Positions 12,506 to 26,517 of a stretch of DNA of 64,000 nucleotides are shown in pieces (position 1 is the stretch's first letter; the number at the start of each line of letters is the position of its first letter). A program made the translations under genes and the position numbers. The stretch comes from Hydrolagus colliei. Its lineage: Eukaryota. The notes under the pieces are model-generated. The model did not search any database. It worked only from the letters and a program-made list of their open reading frames with translations, and was not told the DNA's origin. Where the stretch lies: contig CM068750.1 of the NCBI GenBank assembly GCA_035084275.1, positions 11,842,001 to 11,906,000 on the forward strand, given 5' to 3'.

Positions 12506-15379
12506 GCAAAATTATAACAGTATTATCTTTTTTAATTTATTTTTGTTTTCAAGGCATTATTACCCTCCAGTAAAGCAATGTGCCAATCGACTATCAATCG
12601 GGTTCTTACTTACAGGTGAAAGTTTCCAGCTAGTGTGATCACAACTGAAGAAGGGGTCCTAATGCATTCTAATATAACTATGTATCAATATGAATAATTT
12701 TTTGCAATTATTCTTAGCAGTACATCATGATTATCATAGTGCAGCAAACCAAAAGTTGCTTAAATGCCTTGTACTCTTGCATGACTACAAACAAACAAAG
12801 GAGCTTGCTAAGCATAAGCTTTGAACAGTTAGAATTATTTCATCCTACATCTGTATTTATTTAGCAGTTGCTGCATAAGACAGGGTGTTGTTGACACTGT
12901 TTGGTCATTTTGATGACCAGTGCAGCTGATTGTTTTGGATTGGTGCCTAAACCTATTATTGGGTTTCTTGTTTGAATGCTGTGACACTAATATGTCAAAT
13001 GTTTTCCTTCTTTAAGGAAAACTTGGCTCTGAAAATTCTGTGTTTAACATTCAAATGCTTCCAGACAAAAATATTAATTTTGAGGGTTGGAGTCAAGGAC
13101 ACGTCTATTTAGATTATAACATGCCTCATTGGTATATATTGAAACAATGTTCAAAGAAGTTGAATTGCAGATGAAAAACTACAAAGCATTTAAAGCTTGT
13201 GTCTTCAGGGTATTTTATAAACATTGAATGTCCATCACTCTTCTTATCAGTGATGTCTTACAAATACTGTAGTCAATAATATAAATACAGTAACTTCAGG
13301 AATTTGCAAAGGGCAGTTCTTCTTTCAATATTTTATTTTAAAACTTTAGAATCGTAGGGCAAGCAGTTTACAATTTTTTGCAGATTTTACACAAGAATCC
13401 ACAAGTATATTCAAGACTGCTAAAATGTGCATTTTATTGACTAAGCACAAGGAGGACCTATTTAGTAGCTGATGTGAATTTAAATGACTTGATATGAGAA
13501 GCTGCTTGTAGTTCTACCAGACACCATATCATTGGCCATTTCCATCACCATCCTTGGAAATTGTCATATACATTAATCTCTGAGATGTCATTGACATACA
13601 TCAATATTTAAAGCTGCTGGTGTAAAGCACAGATTATGGATGTACTTTGTTTTAAAAAATGTGAAACATTTCATTTTTTATTGTGTTTGCAGACATAACT
13701 GCTGATTCGGTTACAACATGCTTGAATATTGTTTGAAAAAAAGCAGTCATAGTTCTATGTTATTTATATCTGTTAAGATATAACCATTAACAAATAGTTT
13801 ATTGTTTGGGTAGTATTTCTAGATTGTATTAAATGTAGAGTTTGATCGGAAATATGCAGCTTCTGAATTGACATGCATTTATGTTTGAAATTGACATAGG
13901 CATTAGTTTTCTTGATAGTCTGTGGGGAGCTGGGATGGCCAGAAGCGGAATTCAGTACTTTCCATGAAGGGGCTTGTGATATTAGCTAAAAATACATTTT
14001 TGGGTGAGGAATTTTTTTAACATATCAGGGAATTGTGACTCACTTGCAATCCCATGAAATTTATCCTTCAGAAAGTCAGGGATGAATGAATAGATTGGGG
14101 TTGATATGTCCCATTAAGAGGCACATCCTTTGATCTGATTGCTTTGAAATTCTGATTTTTAGCAGCATTTTTCAAAATCAAAATGTAGCACTACATTCAC
14201 TGAAATAAATAGTTCTGTAATGTGTTTTCAAATGCAAGGGATTTAGCTGGGGGTGAATACCAGAAAGCAGAGCCAGTATGTTGGTGGGGGTGGAGGGGAG
14301 ACATCGTGCTTCCAGTTTGGAAGGGATTGGGTTAAAAAAAATCAAAGCAACCACATCAAAGGGCTTGCCCCTAACTCACTCTCTACTATAGACACTGTGT
14401 GACATTGTCTCCCCAGCAATTCCTGTTCCTGTGAAGATTGAATCTGACTGCAGCTGTGGAGTGGGGATTCAGTCTTTTGTGAGCAATTGTGTAACGACTT
14501 TGGAAAGAGAAGAGAACAAAATAAATCTCAATTTCTTTGGTGCTTCACCCTTATATAGAATACATGTATAACAATTCAAGGTTTTCTGTGAAATAATTGT
14601 TCTCAAATGTATCCAAGCTCTTGCATTTTAAAGAGTAACATAAATGCTGGGATAAATGTCCCGTCCCCGTCCCCCCGCGCCCCCCTTTTAAATATAGTCG
14701 AGACAACTTACAGGCTGTGCAATATTTTTATATGGGTACATACGTAACAACTTGAAAAAATTTAAACTGGCAATTGATACAGACAGAGGTATCCATTTAT
14801 CTGCCATACATCGTGGTACAGTAAAGCTGTCAGTGCAAATCTTATCACATAGAGCTTCATTTGTTTTCTGTAGTGATTTATGATGGCTTTGAAAAGGTCT
14901 GGTGATCCCATAGGCTAGCCTGATTCCCAAACTCTCTCAGTCGATGGATCTAATTCTTGACACATTTGATAGTGTTCTGAGTGGTTTTGATAAATCAATT
15001 CTCCTTGTTTAGATTAATTGATCAGAATAGTATGTTCCTAAGAGAATTTATCAAATTCTATGACTGAGCCTAAGTATACTGCCATTTTGTGAAAGAACCA
15101 GATAAGTTGTAGCAGGAGAATGCATATTAATGAGACATTTTGATGGAGGTTCATCCTGGTAGCAGAATAAACACTGTCAAGTGTAATTCAGTGTGTTGTA
15201 AATGCATTATATGACAAAAAGACAAACAAAGTAATGCTACTACCTACATTGGCATACCTGGAAACGTTTGCATTTTGATCACTTCAGGATTTGGTGAAGC
15301 TACCGGATTACTTTATGTAGGCACAAAAATACAAAGGTATAGAGTGAAAAGTGGTATGGGGTTTTATAAGACAAGGAAG

Positions 15380-15735
15380 TGCATGGATCAGTTACTTGCA
15401 CTCTCGCCTCTAATTGGGAGGTGGTGAGTTCAAGCCCTAGGCTGACTCTCAATACCGCGGGGGCCGTATTGCATTTTCAGATTTGCCAGTCTTCAGATGA
15501 GAAGTTAAAACCAAGCTCGCATCTGCCTATTCAAGAGGACGTTAAAGATCCTATGATACTATTCAAAAAGAGTAGGATTTCAACAATCTCCCAGCTAAAT
15601 TGGTCAATTCATTTCATGGCTGATTGTGCAAATTGGTTGCCAACATCATTTGTAAATCGTCACTATACTTTGCAGAAAACTTTGAAGCACATTGAACATT
15701 AGGTGTTATACCAAATACCAGAATTACTGTTATTA
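15380..15735 (+). mobile_element. Deu-domain SINE
   Basis: Decayed A/B boxes (gagttcaagccc), core cttcagatgagaagttaaaacc…gacgttaaagatcctatg, and tail gtgcaaattggttgcc. Confidence 0.7.
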
Positions 15736-16471
15736 TGTGTAATGCCCCACCTTTTCTCACATGGCAGAAGGCATGGTGGGGAAATGTAACTTATTACATG
15801 ATTTTTATCCCTTAGCCCGTGACCCTGAGGAAATGCTGAATATCCAGTCACCTCGATAAAGATGAAATTTTTAAGGCATGTGAATTCCCAGTGCTGTACA
15901 ATGATCCAGCACTAGTCCATGTACACAGTTAAGGGCTTAGTTCAAGGAAAGGAAGAAAATCTCACTAAAATGCACACTTCAAAGGTCAAGGGAAAATAAT
16001 TATCTCTATGCTGCACCAATGTTTTCAAGTACATTAAAATCTACATATCACAAATGCCACTTGCATGTATCCTGTGCCTGATAAGAGAGAAAAGGAAATT
16101 TCAGGAAACGTGAACTAAAAACAGAAAATGCTGAAATCCAACAACTACATACCCAGAGGAAGTGAATGCCTGAGTATTGACTTCAAACCTTATCTGTCTC
16201 CCTTCTCCTTTTTCTTTACCCCCACCTCCTTATAACTTTTTAAAGCAGAAATGTAGCAAATTTGCATGCTTGCTTTCAGTCACCTTTGTGTCTATCTTCG
16301 ACCTTCATCCTCCTGTTGCATATTTAACACTTATCTGAGATTTCACTTAAACCTTATATAGATTTTCAACACCTCTTCCTTGCATTTCACTATCTTTAGG
16401 GGATTTAAAATCTCTACCTAATGACTTTGCTTCTTGCTCTAATTGTTCTTACTTTACACAAACATGCGAGG

Positions 16472-16542
16472 CAACAACAACAACAACAACAAATTACACT
16501 TATAAAGCTCCTTTCACGTCGGGAGGACGTCCCAAGGCGCTG
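16472..16542 (-). mobile_element. L2 3'-terminal fragment with (TTG)n tail
   Basis: (CAA)7 followed by ctttcacgtcgggaggacgtcccaaggcgc. Confidence 0.85.
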
Positions 16543-17421
16543 AGGCACTCTAGCCCACTCATTACAGTTCTGCTAAAGAGCCGTACACAAAATATTACCT
16601 GCCTCTCTCTTGGAATCCACTTACAGTATTTTCTCTTTTTAATGTCCCGATGAACAAGGGTAATGAAGGATCCTGCCTCCCAAGTCCCACTTTGCGTAAC
16701 TTTTGGCAATTACAGTACATTACTCACATCAGTAAACCTGCTCAAAATTATAGACATAAGGTGTAAAGCATTGCTGCTGCACAGCAATAACACGGTTGTG
16801 ATATCTTTGCATTATGGCATAATGCAACAGGCCACACTAATAATTGAGACTGAAATTCGGGCCATGCTGTAAATGCACCTTTTCAAGTAACAAATGTATT
16901 TCCTAATAATGTTTAGAATGTTTTACTGGCATAATCTTTTATCTGGATACATAGATGGAATATTAAGTTGTATACCAGGGAAGGGATTAAGTGGTATAAT
17001 TAGGATTAAACAAATATTTATAGAGTAACTACCCACTGGCCCTCTTTATAGCTATCCACATATTCAATCGTCAAATCTGGTTATAGTTGTGTGTAAATTT
17101 ACTGTCTGTTCCAGTCTGCTGCGTGGAACAAGACTTCACTGTATAAGTGTACATCTGTTTGTGAAGAGTAAAGGATTTTCATTTTGTGATGGTGTGAATT
17201 ATTATAGATGTCAGTCCCTGGCTTAATTTACCAAGACCAAACATTGGGATTTCTGTTCACTTTCCATGCTTTCAACAGTTATTTGATTCTGTAGAGCATT
17301 TGCAACTCACTAAAAAAAATTAAATGAAAAAATTATTAAATATGTACAGTACTGCAATTTTAGCTAAAAGCAAATATTGTAAATAGATAGCAATAAATAG
17401 CAAATAAAATCAGAAAATGTA

Positions 17422-17708
17422 ACAACAATCCTTGCATTTTTGATATAGCATTTTTCACGTCTTCTAGATATCCCAAAGCACTTCATAGAATATACCGCAA
17501 AGGGAATTACTGTTTATATGTGGGAGAAATGCAGCAGCCAATTGCATACAGCAGTGTCCCATAAACAGTCATGGATTGAAACGACCAATGTATTCTTAGC
17601 AGGTATGTAGAGTAAAGAAATTTGCCCAAGGTTTCGCCCTGCTAGAAATCGAACCCAGGCCTCTCACTTGCCAGGCAAGTGCTCTAACGACGGAGTCATA
17701 GGACTCCA
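17422..17708 (-). mobile_element. Near full-length tRNA-derived SINE, family A
   Basis: Reverse complement of the 22148-22458 copy from the ggagtcc head to the atgcaaggatt tail. Confidence 0.9.
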
Positions 17709-17773
17709 CTAGTCCTTAACAAGTCAGTAATAAACATAAAAATGACTTTGAAAGTGATTCACAGAGAAAGCTA

Positions 17774-18110
17774 GGCAACGGTGGCTCAGTAAGTTTATGA
17801 AGTGCTCCTTTAACCATACAGATCAGAAGGTCCCAAGTTCAATCACCAGTCTATGGTGAGTTAAATTACATCAGTCATTTTGGCACAGCGAATCTCCCTC
17901 AAAATTCCTAAGAAGGAAAAAATAAATCAGATAAGGGTTCCCACATATGACCATGATCCAGCAGTAACTATTAGAGATAATTATGTGCGGATGTTAAGTA
18001 TAGACAGAATCGGCCTCAGATGCAGTTTTTCTCACATTCAAGTAACTTGCCAAATCTTGCTGTCATGGTTCACATATGAATAATGGTCCTTTGAATGAGG
18101 CTTGAGAACA
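17774..18110 (+). mobile_element. tRNA-derived SINE, family B (unnamed here)
   Basis: gtggctcagt A-box, aagttcaatc B-box, body (agggttccc…gacagaatcgg…tcacatatgaataatgg) shared with the 33300, 42235 and 62095 copies. Confidence 0.65.
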
Positions 18111-19529
18111 TGCTCAGCAAACTTTTCTAATTTTATAAATGTAGCCACTGTATTAAGTTGTAATTTTAACTAATAATCTGGTACATCAGAATTTGCACAT
18201 GACAATAATCCAGAATTATTGGATCCAGTATAACATGGGTAACTATCTGCACTAAATTTTGCCTTATTCCTGTGGAATTTATATTCCTATTAACTTCCAC
18301 TTTTGAGAGACCTGGTGCTGAACAAATTTAATGGTAATACCCAAGAATATTAATCCATCTACAATGTCCTTCATGTTTGGTAGCGACCAACTATGTCTGA
18401 CAATACCAAATCTGCAAGTTTAAAATAAGTGATATATCCCAATAATAACTTTTTAATAGCTGGCTAAATCTGTGCTCTCCAGTAGCCACTGGGCTTCACA
18501 AAGAAATAAATCCACTTGAAACAATACACATGCTACTTTTATAAATTTGCAAGTTAAATATTTCTACTAGATTTAACAAGCATCTCCCTTTTATCATTTT
18601 TTGTCTTTCCAAAGGCAGGACTGTCATCTTATTTAACTGTATCTGGAAAGATTCAGTGTTTGAATTTGCCATCTGAATCATCGAAATAGTTTTATTGGAT
18701 TGTAACCAAAATAAAACAAAAGATGCTTGTTGATCAGAATGATTCCTTTCATTACAAGCTCACATCTATGTCTATTCATGACCTCTGGACATTGACTTAC
18801 AGCTCAGTAAATTAAAGGTTTCATTAGATGCTGATCAAAGTTAATTTCTTCTTTAACTGAAGTAAGATTTGTTGTAAAAACTATCTTGTGAATCAAAATC
18901 TCACTTTATAGTGTGTGTGTTGTGTAGATGCGTGTAATCTATTGTTGTGCATTGCACTATATTAGTAACAAAGCAGTGGCAGCAAACATCTTAAGTAAAA
19001 TTAACAACATAAAAGAGATTCGCAAGTTACCCTCCCCATACACATACATATAATAAATAGTATTAAATCCACTGCTAGAAATAGCACTTGCAGCAATCCC
19101 CAACATTGTATTGGAGCATTAGCCTGGACTGAGTTTAAAACCTCAACTTTCAACTGAACTGAACTCAACATGTCAGTCCTTCTAGCAACTAGTTTCCATA
19201 CTCTCTCAATGTCATGAATTAGTGGATAACTACTCAATCAGAGAATCAACCAGGTAGATGTGTGAGGTTTGCATAGCCTGACATACATCTTATACAGAAT
19301 TAATATTAACATATCCTCTGTCAACATAAAAAGACAAATAGACACATCTAATAAGTATAAACCAATCCTATGTTTCACTGGAGCAAACACATAATGCTGC
19401 TCACTGGAGCACTATGAATTTAGGTAGAGTAATAGCTCCAAAAAGTGAAATGTGTCTATATGAAATGAGATATTTCAGTGTCATCTGAGAAATCAAATGT
19501 TGACTACCCACAATGTGAATTAAAGCTTC

Positions 19530-19580
19530 AATGGGCCAAATGGCCTCCTCCTATGCTATAAAAATTTCTATGATTTTATG
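19530..19580 (+). mobile_element. CR1 3' terminus
   Basis: atgggccaaatggcctcctcctatgctata…ttctatgattttatg. Confidence 0.7.
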
Positions 19581-21864
19581 CTGCAATACCATTCAATTTG
19601 GTCAAAAGCATTGACACTTGCGAGAATCTAGCAGAATCAAAACCATGCAAAATGAGAGAAAGGAAATAAAATCAAGTGGGGATTAAGAAGATTAATAGAA
19701 AGGCTGACGCTAATCTGCTGCTAATTGACCAGGGATGGATGGCTGTCATGATGTCTTGATGCAGGCTGAGATACAAAGAGTGTGTTGTAATGTAGGCTCT
19801 ATGTTTCAGAATATTTTAGCGGATTTATATTCACTGTTTTTCTCCAGGGGCACCTCTGAAATTAGCAGCAAACTGTGAATATAAGTGAAGAGATACTCAC
19901 GCCATCAGAGGCAGCATGCACACCACTAGTGAGAGGCAGCACCTCCAACAGGAGGGGAGGGTAATTTGGTAATCTGAAGCGTTAACATCTGTTTATATGC
20001 AGCCTGGTAAAGTGGTCACGTTGGTGATGGACTGCAAGAACCTCTCCATCCTCACAAAGGTTCAAAATATTTGTATCTACAAAAGGGGTTGCATTCCCTT
20101 CTAACTCATACCTGTGTAAAAAAGGAACTAAAATTCGATGTCTTTCAGATCTTTGAAAGCAATGGTTGGCAGCAAGCAGGATCCTAGAATTTATTTGAGA
20201 GGGATCTGGTAGAAGATTTATCTTTCCATATTGAAATAGAACTATTTAGACCACAGAAAAGGAATCATAGATATTTCAGGTACCCTTTTGCGATGAATAC
20301 AGGCAATGAGTGCTGCACCCTGTGTGCAGATTGCACTGTTTCCCTTAAAAAGTAAAGCACCCGGACAACCTTTAAACTTGAATTGAAATACATATTTAAT
20401 GTGAATTTCCACGGCAAGCATTTCAGATTTTATAACCTAGTGGTATTTAATCCTTCCGCTTGTATTAAAGAGCTCGTAATATATATTTTTTTCCCTCCTG
20501 AGTTTGGTAATGCTGACTTGTACAAAAAGTTATTTCTATATTTTAGAATAGAAGAGTAGATTCTGTCAGATGGGGGTACGTACTGCTGTAGTGTCTTTGA
20601 GGACTATTTACTGTGTGGTCATGAATATGTGCACATGACTTCACACATGGTGAATTTATCTCAGGAATGACACTTTGGGGTGCTGCAGAGCACTGGCAGT
20701 CTGCAAATGGAACAAGAGAACATAGGAGGAAGAATATCCCAGAGGCACATTCAGGCATCTCCTGGTGACTGCCGATATACCAGTTTACCAAAGGCCTGAC
20801 AGGGAATCAGCTGGCAGGAAATGATGCTTGGCAAAAAGGCAGCAGCAGAGGGGCAGAAGATATTTGTTCAAAAAATCTGTCTATTAATGTTGTTTGCAAA
20901 TTTTCATGAGGCAGAATTCTAAAACTAATCAAAACATTGAGGCAAGTTGCCTTGATAAAATATAAAGTTGCTTTGAAACTTGGTTTAGACAGAGATGGAT
21001 TCGCTGTTCTCTGGCCACGGATATTGCTGCCGATAGCATTCACACTTTGACATTTCCTACAAACTGACTACTCTGTTTTATCACACATGACCATTTAGCC
21101 ATTCTCAAGTCAGCTAAGCCTCGATAACCCCACAGGTACCTCTGTTCAGCCATTAGTTGAACCTGTTTGAACATTGTGCTGCAGAAATTATTGACAGGTC
21201 AAGTGCAATTGGGAAGATGGGATGTCCCAGCGGCCCTTCCACTGACAGTTTCTCCCACATTAAAGAGTTAACTAGCTACAAACAAGCACTGGGTGAGAGC
21301 TAATGAATGTACTGAGATTGATAGAAACTCTCTTTTGAGACACATTGATCTGTATCTCTGAACCCGGTATTAGGATTCAGTGTGCAACCTCACACTGAAT
21401 AACCCTGGCTGTGTGCCCATTAACAAACAACTCTTTTAATGTTTGCCTTCTGAAAATACACTGGATTCTCCTTATTGCCATCTCCTTTAATTGTCGCTTT
21501 TAAAATCCCAGACCTTTCATTTTCTTTGTTTCTGCTAATGGCATTTTTTTTCACAGTTACTTCCTCCCCAGTGTCACCTTTCTACATAAAGGCTCCATGC
21601 CTTATCATTGGTACATTGTTTACTTGTCACATTGGGCAAGTGTAGGTGTTTCTTGGTGTCTCCCTGTACCAGTAGAATCAGAACCTCTATGGGATTCCAG
21701 CAGCGCCTGTCTTCATTTACAGAGATTGTTTTTCTCTCCTCAAGGTTCTGGTTCGTGTGGGGATACGACCAGGAGGTAAAACCTTCCACAAGGCCATGGG
21801 CGTTGAGACCAATTAGAGTACCCTACCCTACCAGTGCTCTGGCTGCGGTCACAAAATTGCAAAA

Positions 21865-22095
21865 GTGATTCAGATGAAGAAGGTCTCTTTGGTCTATTTG
21901 ATCATATCCTACCAGTATACTAACCCTTCCATGCTCCATCATAACATCAAATTGTTTCTTAGTCAAGTTTGCTGTCTTGGCCTTAACCACCAGTCCTGGT
22001 AACCCATTCAGTTTATTCAGCGTAGACCTTGCTACATGATGGTTTACCTTGAAATTACATCATACTTCAGTCAATGACCCGTTGTTATTCTAGTT
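21865..22095 (-). mobile_element. Decayed CR1 3' fragment
   Basis: Reverse-complement similarity to the 11605-11848 fragment (…cctggtaacccattc…). Confidence 0.5.
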
Positions 22096-22147
22096 ATTTA
22101 CTATTTTGGACAGCAAACTAAAAAGGACAATAACAGGATTATATTGT

Positions 22148-22458
22148 GGAGTCCTGTATCTCAGTGGCTGGAGCACTCACCTTGCAAGCGAGAGACCTGG
22201 GTTCAATTCCAGGCAGAGCGAAACTTTGGGCAAGTTTTCTTATTTCACACACCTAATAATAATCCCTCACAAAAATCAATAATAAATGGATCAATTCAAT
22301 CCACAACTGTTTGTGGGACGCTGCTGTGCACAATTGGCTGCCACATTTCATCCACATATATGCAGTCAATTCACCTGACAGTATAATCTGTGAAGCGCTT
22401 TGAGGTATCTAGAAGACTTGAAAAGTGCTATATCACATGCTAGGAATACGATTATTAT
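22148..22458 (+). mobile_element. Full-length tRNA(Ala-like)-derived SINE, family A
   Basis: Head GGAGTCCTGTATCTCAGTGG…CTTGCAAG…GGTTCAATTCC, then TTGGGCAAGT, then an L2-type tail aagcgctttgagg…gctatatc…attattat. Confidence 0.9.
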
Positions 22459-25400
22459 ATACCCTTTTAGAGACCTATTTTCTGAATGTTGTTTTCATGC
22501 CATTGATTTGTTATTACCCCCTTGTGGGTACTTGCTGAGGCTGATTTTGTAATTATCTAAACATTGGATATGATGATATTTTAGATCATTAGAAAATTTG
22601 CAATTCCTCCTCACTTTGTTGCAAATTTTCTGCACTTTTCTATTGTCCCGGCACATAAGGAGGCAAAAACTATGATCTAAAATACTTAATCAATGTGCCT
22701 TTTTAATGTGCAGCAAAATGCAGATATAGATCATAGTTTTTCTTAAAAAACACATCAAAATATTTGTAGACACAATTGATGCATTGATTTTCAGCTTGGT
22801 ATTGGAATGGTGTTTTCCCTCTTCTGGTAAAGTGTCTGTCTCATAACATGTTTGCAATATTGCTGTTTTGTTTTCAATGTGTTCTATGTTTTTTTAAAAA
22901 ACTGGATACACTGAAAATGAGTGACAGTAGAGCAGCAAGTGCATCTTTGTACATCAGTAACACATAGGATTGGGCCTGGATTCAGACACTTTAGTGAGTT
23001 GGTGATTCCAACCATATTACTTTGGCAAGCTGAAAGTTGGCAGTGCCCGACAATGGAAGTGCAAATTAGAGAGAATAGAGTTAGTGTGTGCTGGAACATG
23101 CAATTTTTTAAAAAAAATGTTCTCCCACTTTTTCAGCTCCTTTTTAAAACAAAGTGTGAAGCGATTTAAGGTGATAGGTCTTGTTAAAACTGCTTGAGGA
23201 TTGTCAGAAGGTAGACTGCAGCCACATATTTTAATTTGGCCACCTACAAATTCAATTGTGGACCTTTCCAACATTTATATTTGCAGGTCTTCCGCATTCA
23301 ATTAATTCAAATTAAAGATGAAATTTGTTTATTCTAAATGAACAAAAATCACAGTGTTTAAAGTGCAAGTGGGAGTCAAATTATTTTTTTAAATCTTGCA
23401 GCTATTTGGCATTATAAGTAAGGTATTCATTTGTCTTCATAATGCATTGCTGTGAGACTGGGAATCCTTCTAGTTGCACTCCTGTGCACCCTTTGCTAAT
23501 GAATCAATGTCTGTTTGGGGGCATGGTGAACAAAACCAAACTCAGTATTCAAAGAACATGCATTATTACAGAGATAAGACCATATCCTCAGACATAGCCT
23601 CCATGCTTCTGGCAGTGCCACTAATGTTTTGTTTTGCCTTATTAATCACCATTTGACACTACAGAAACATTTTTAAAGACCTATCTACCAACACTCCAAG
23701 TGCTATTCCATATTTCACCATCAAGTTACAATCATTAGTCAAGCATTTAGAATAAATATTATTTACATGTATATGCATTACTTTGCATTTAAGCACATTA
23801 AACATTTACCATTCATTAACTCAACTGTTCAGCTGCTCTACATCCCTACGAATTATCCAAACCTCTGCTACACATTTTTTTTCCACCTCATTCTATTATG
23901 TTCTGCAAATTGGGCACCAGCACCACTTTGGTAGCTGCCATTCCCAAACATAAGACAATTCCATCGGTTTCTATCCATTAGTAATGCTAAATCAAGGAGC
24001 AAATCTACAAAATGTGCTCCCCATTTTCAAAACAGCATTGATTTCATGTATGCTTGTTGTCTAGCCATTAATATCTTGGAATAATTTTGGTGTCCAAATG
24101 GTTCAACAACAATATGCTGCATTTATAAAATGCTGCTCTCGCAGGGCAGCTTCTCGGAGCTCTTTAAAAAGTGTAAAAAGTGACAAAATCAGAGTGTTTC
24201 ACCTTGCGCTGGGGACTCACTTAGGAGGAAATGGAAAACAATTCAGGAGATTGGATTCCACCCAGTTTCCATTGCATCCAGTTCTATGTTGTACTGGAAT
24301 GTGGTCCTAAAATAGAATGCATACAATGTGCCTATATGTAGGACATTGTTAGATTGTTGCATGCTGTGATCCACTCATGTAAGAGTAAAAAAAATTGGTC
24401 AAGCCTATTGCAGGATGCAATTAGAAAGAGCTCAATTGATATGGATTCAGTGGGTAAATCATCTTTTACTATTCATTATGATATTGGCAATCACACAAAA
24501 CCTTGAACAGAATGCAGAGGAGCAGCTTTTGCTTTTCATGTTGTTATTATAACTTCATGTCCCCTGATAATTTGTGCAAATTATAAGCGTTGGTACTGCC
24601 AGAGGTTTATCACAAGAATTTACAGAGCACTCATTTGAGATGTTATTTATTCAGAGTTACAGTACATCTTTTCTAATCTGAGTTTAAGCTGTCAGGGCAC
24701 ATTTTCTCTTGTGAGCCTTCTTTTTAATCAATACAAAAGATTAGGATGATTTCAAAATGTAGGTATGTATCCAGTAAACTGCATAGATGGGCTGACTCCC
24801 TGCTGCACAAAAGAAAGTGGACCAGGTGTCTGAAGTTAACCTGGTACCACGGGGATGGAGAACAAGAGGTACTGGTTGTGGAAAGGCTTTGTTACTTGTT
24901 ACATGTCAGTTAGTGATATTCTGTACCAGTAATCATTTAATCCTTCGCAGAGACAGATGTTACTCTTTCCTCTCACTCATCCCTTTGGCGTGTACTTTAT
25001 ACATTGAAATCCTTGTGCTTCTCACTTGTGTTAGCATTTTCATCCAAATTACAGAAGGCACATAGTGCTGCATCATGCATTTTTGTGGATGTTGATGCTG
25101 ATCTTTTAAATGTGCTGGCAAAAATGTCTCAATTTAATATTACATCAACTAGTTCTCTCTCCTACAGTTTGCCAACTGCCAATCTATTTTCAGGGCTGCC
25201 AAGCTGCACCATTCTCCTAGGTGTATACGCCTATGCGTGTATGTCTCCTAGGAGTACACCTACTGGGTATGTTGCATCGTCAGGAGAGAAGCTGCTTTTC
25301 TGGCCTACAGCTTTACCATTCCATATAGTATCAAACAGAGTCAGTTTTTTTTTTTTAAAAAGGCAGATTTCAGGTTTGTCTTCAACATAAAACACATCCA

Positions 25401-25499
25401 AATCAAGTGTTAATTCATGTTACTCAAGGCTAACGGTTGGAAGCACTCTGGTACAATTGTAGGAACTTAGTTGTTGGTCAAATGGCAGATCACTTTTCC

Positions 25500-25531
25500 A
25501 AATGCAAGGATTATTATTATTATTATTATTA
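25500..25531 (+). repeat. Orphan SINE tail with (ATT)7
   Basis: aaatgcaagg followed by attattattattattattatt. Confidence 0.7.
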
Positions 25532-26061
25532 TAGCCTGTGTAAACTGAATGTTACTGTTGAGCCTGGAATTTAGGACAGATCTGAGAGAGGACTGCATTG
25601 TCAGAGTTGCTGGTACTGTATATAGATGAGAGGTTAAATTGGGTTTCCAATGGCAGCAAATGGCCAATTTCATCTGAAACAAAAGCTTAACTCCTGTAAA
25701 GTAGCTTCAGCTAAGATGATTAAATTGGATATTTCTCTGCTCATCTCGAATAAAGATGGCAGCTAAAACATTTTTTAAAAGCTCATACGGACCGAACAAT
25801 TGTTCCAAAGCTACAGGTTTGACTGAAATTTTGCAATTTCATAACAGATTTAATGTGGTGATTATATGAAATGTCATAAATTTACCAGCCTTATGTTTAA
25901 ATTGATTTCCGTCACTTGCTTATGCAATTAGTTTTGACAAAGAGATTGGCAGAGATATGTAAACCTTTTTAACCCTCTGAATTGGATTATTCTTATTTTA
26001 CTGTTTAAAAGTATATATAATGACTAGAGTTTAAATGAAATATACAATAATCTCAATTTGA

Positions 26062-26217
26062 TTCATCACTGTGTGTGGGACACTGCTGCGCGCAGTTAGC
26101 TGCTGGGTTTCACCCACAAATATACAATCAATTCACTTTAGAGTTCATTCTGTGAAGCACTTTAAGTTGTTTAGAAGATGTGGAAAGCACTGTATCAAAT
26201 GCAAAGATTATTATTAT
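26062..26217 (+). mobile_element. SINE family A 3' half
   Basis: ctgtgtgtgggacactgctgcgcgcag…atcaaatgcaaagattattatt. Confidence 0.85.
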
Positions 26218-26517
26218 CTATGTAATACATAACATAGAATAGAATTTCATTGACAAATGCTGTTTGTCAATGAAATTAATTTAATATTGATGACTTTTTA
26301 TAACAATCTGAAATGATCCAAATATGGTTGACAACACACTTTTCCCATTTAAAGACCATTTTCAAATATACTTTAACCACATGTAATACTCAGTTAATGT
26401 AGTTAGTGGAAGACTGTCAGATATCACAGAGTACTTTGGCAGTTTCAAATCAGATGTAAAAAGATGTACTGTATCAAGCTTACAGAACAAAAAATCCAAC
26501 ATTTCAACAATAGAATG

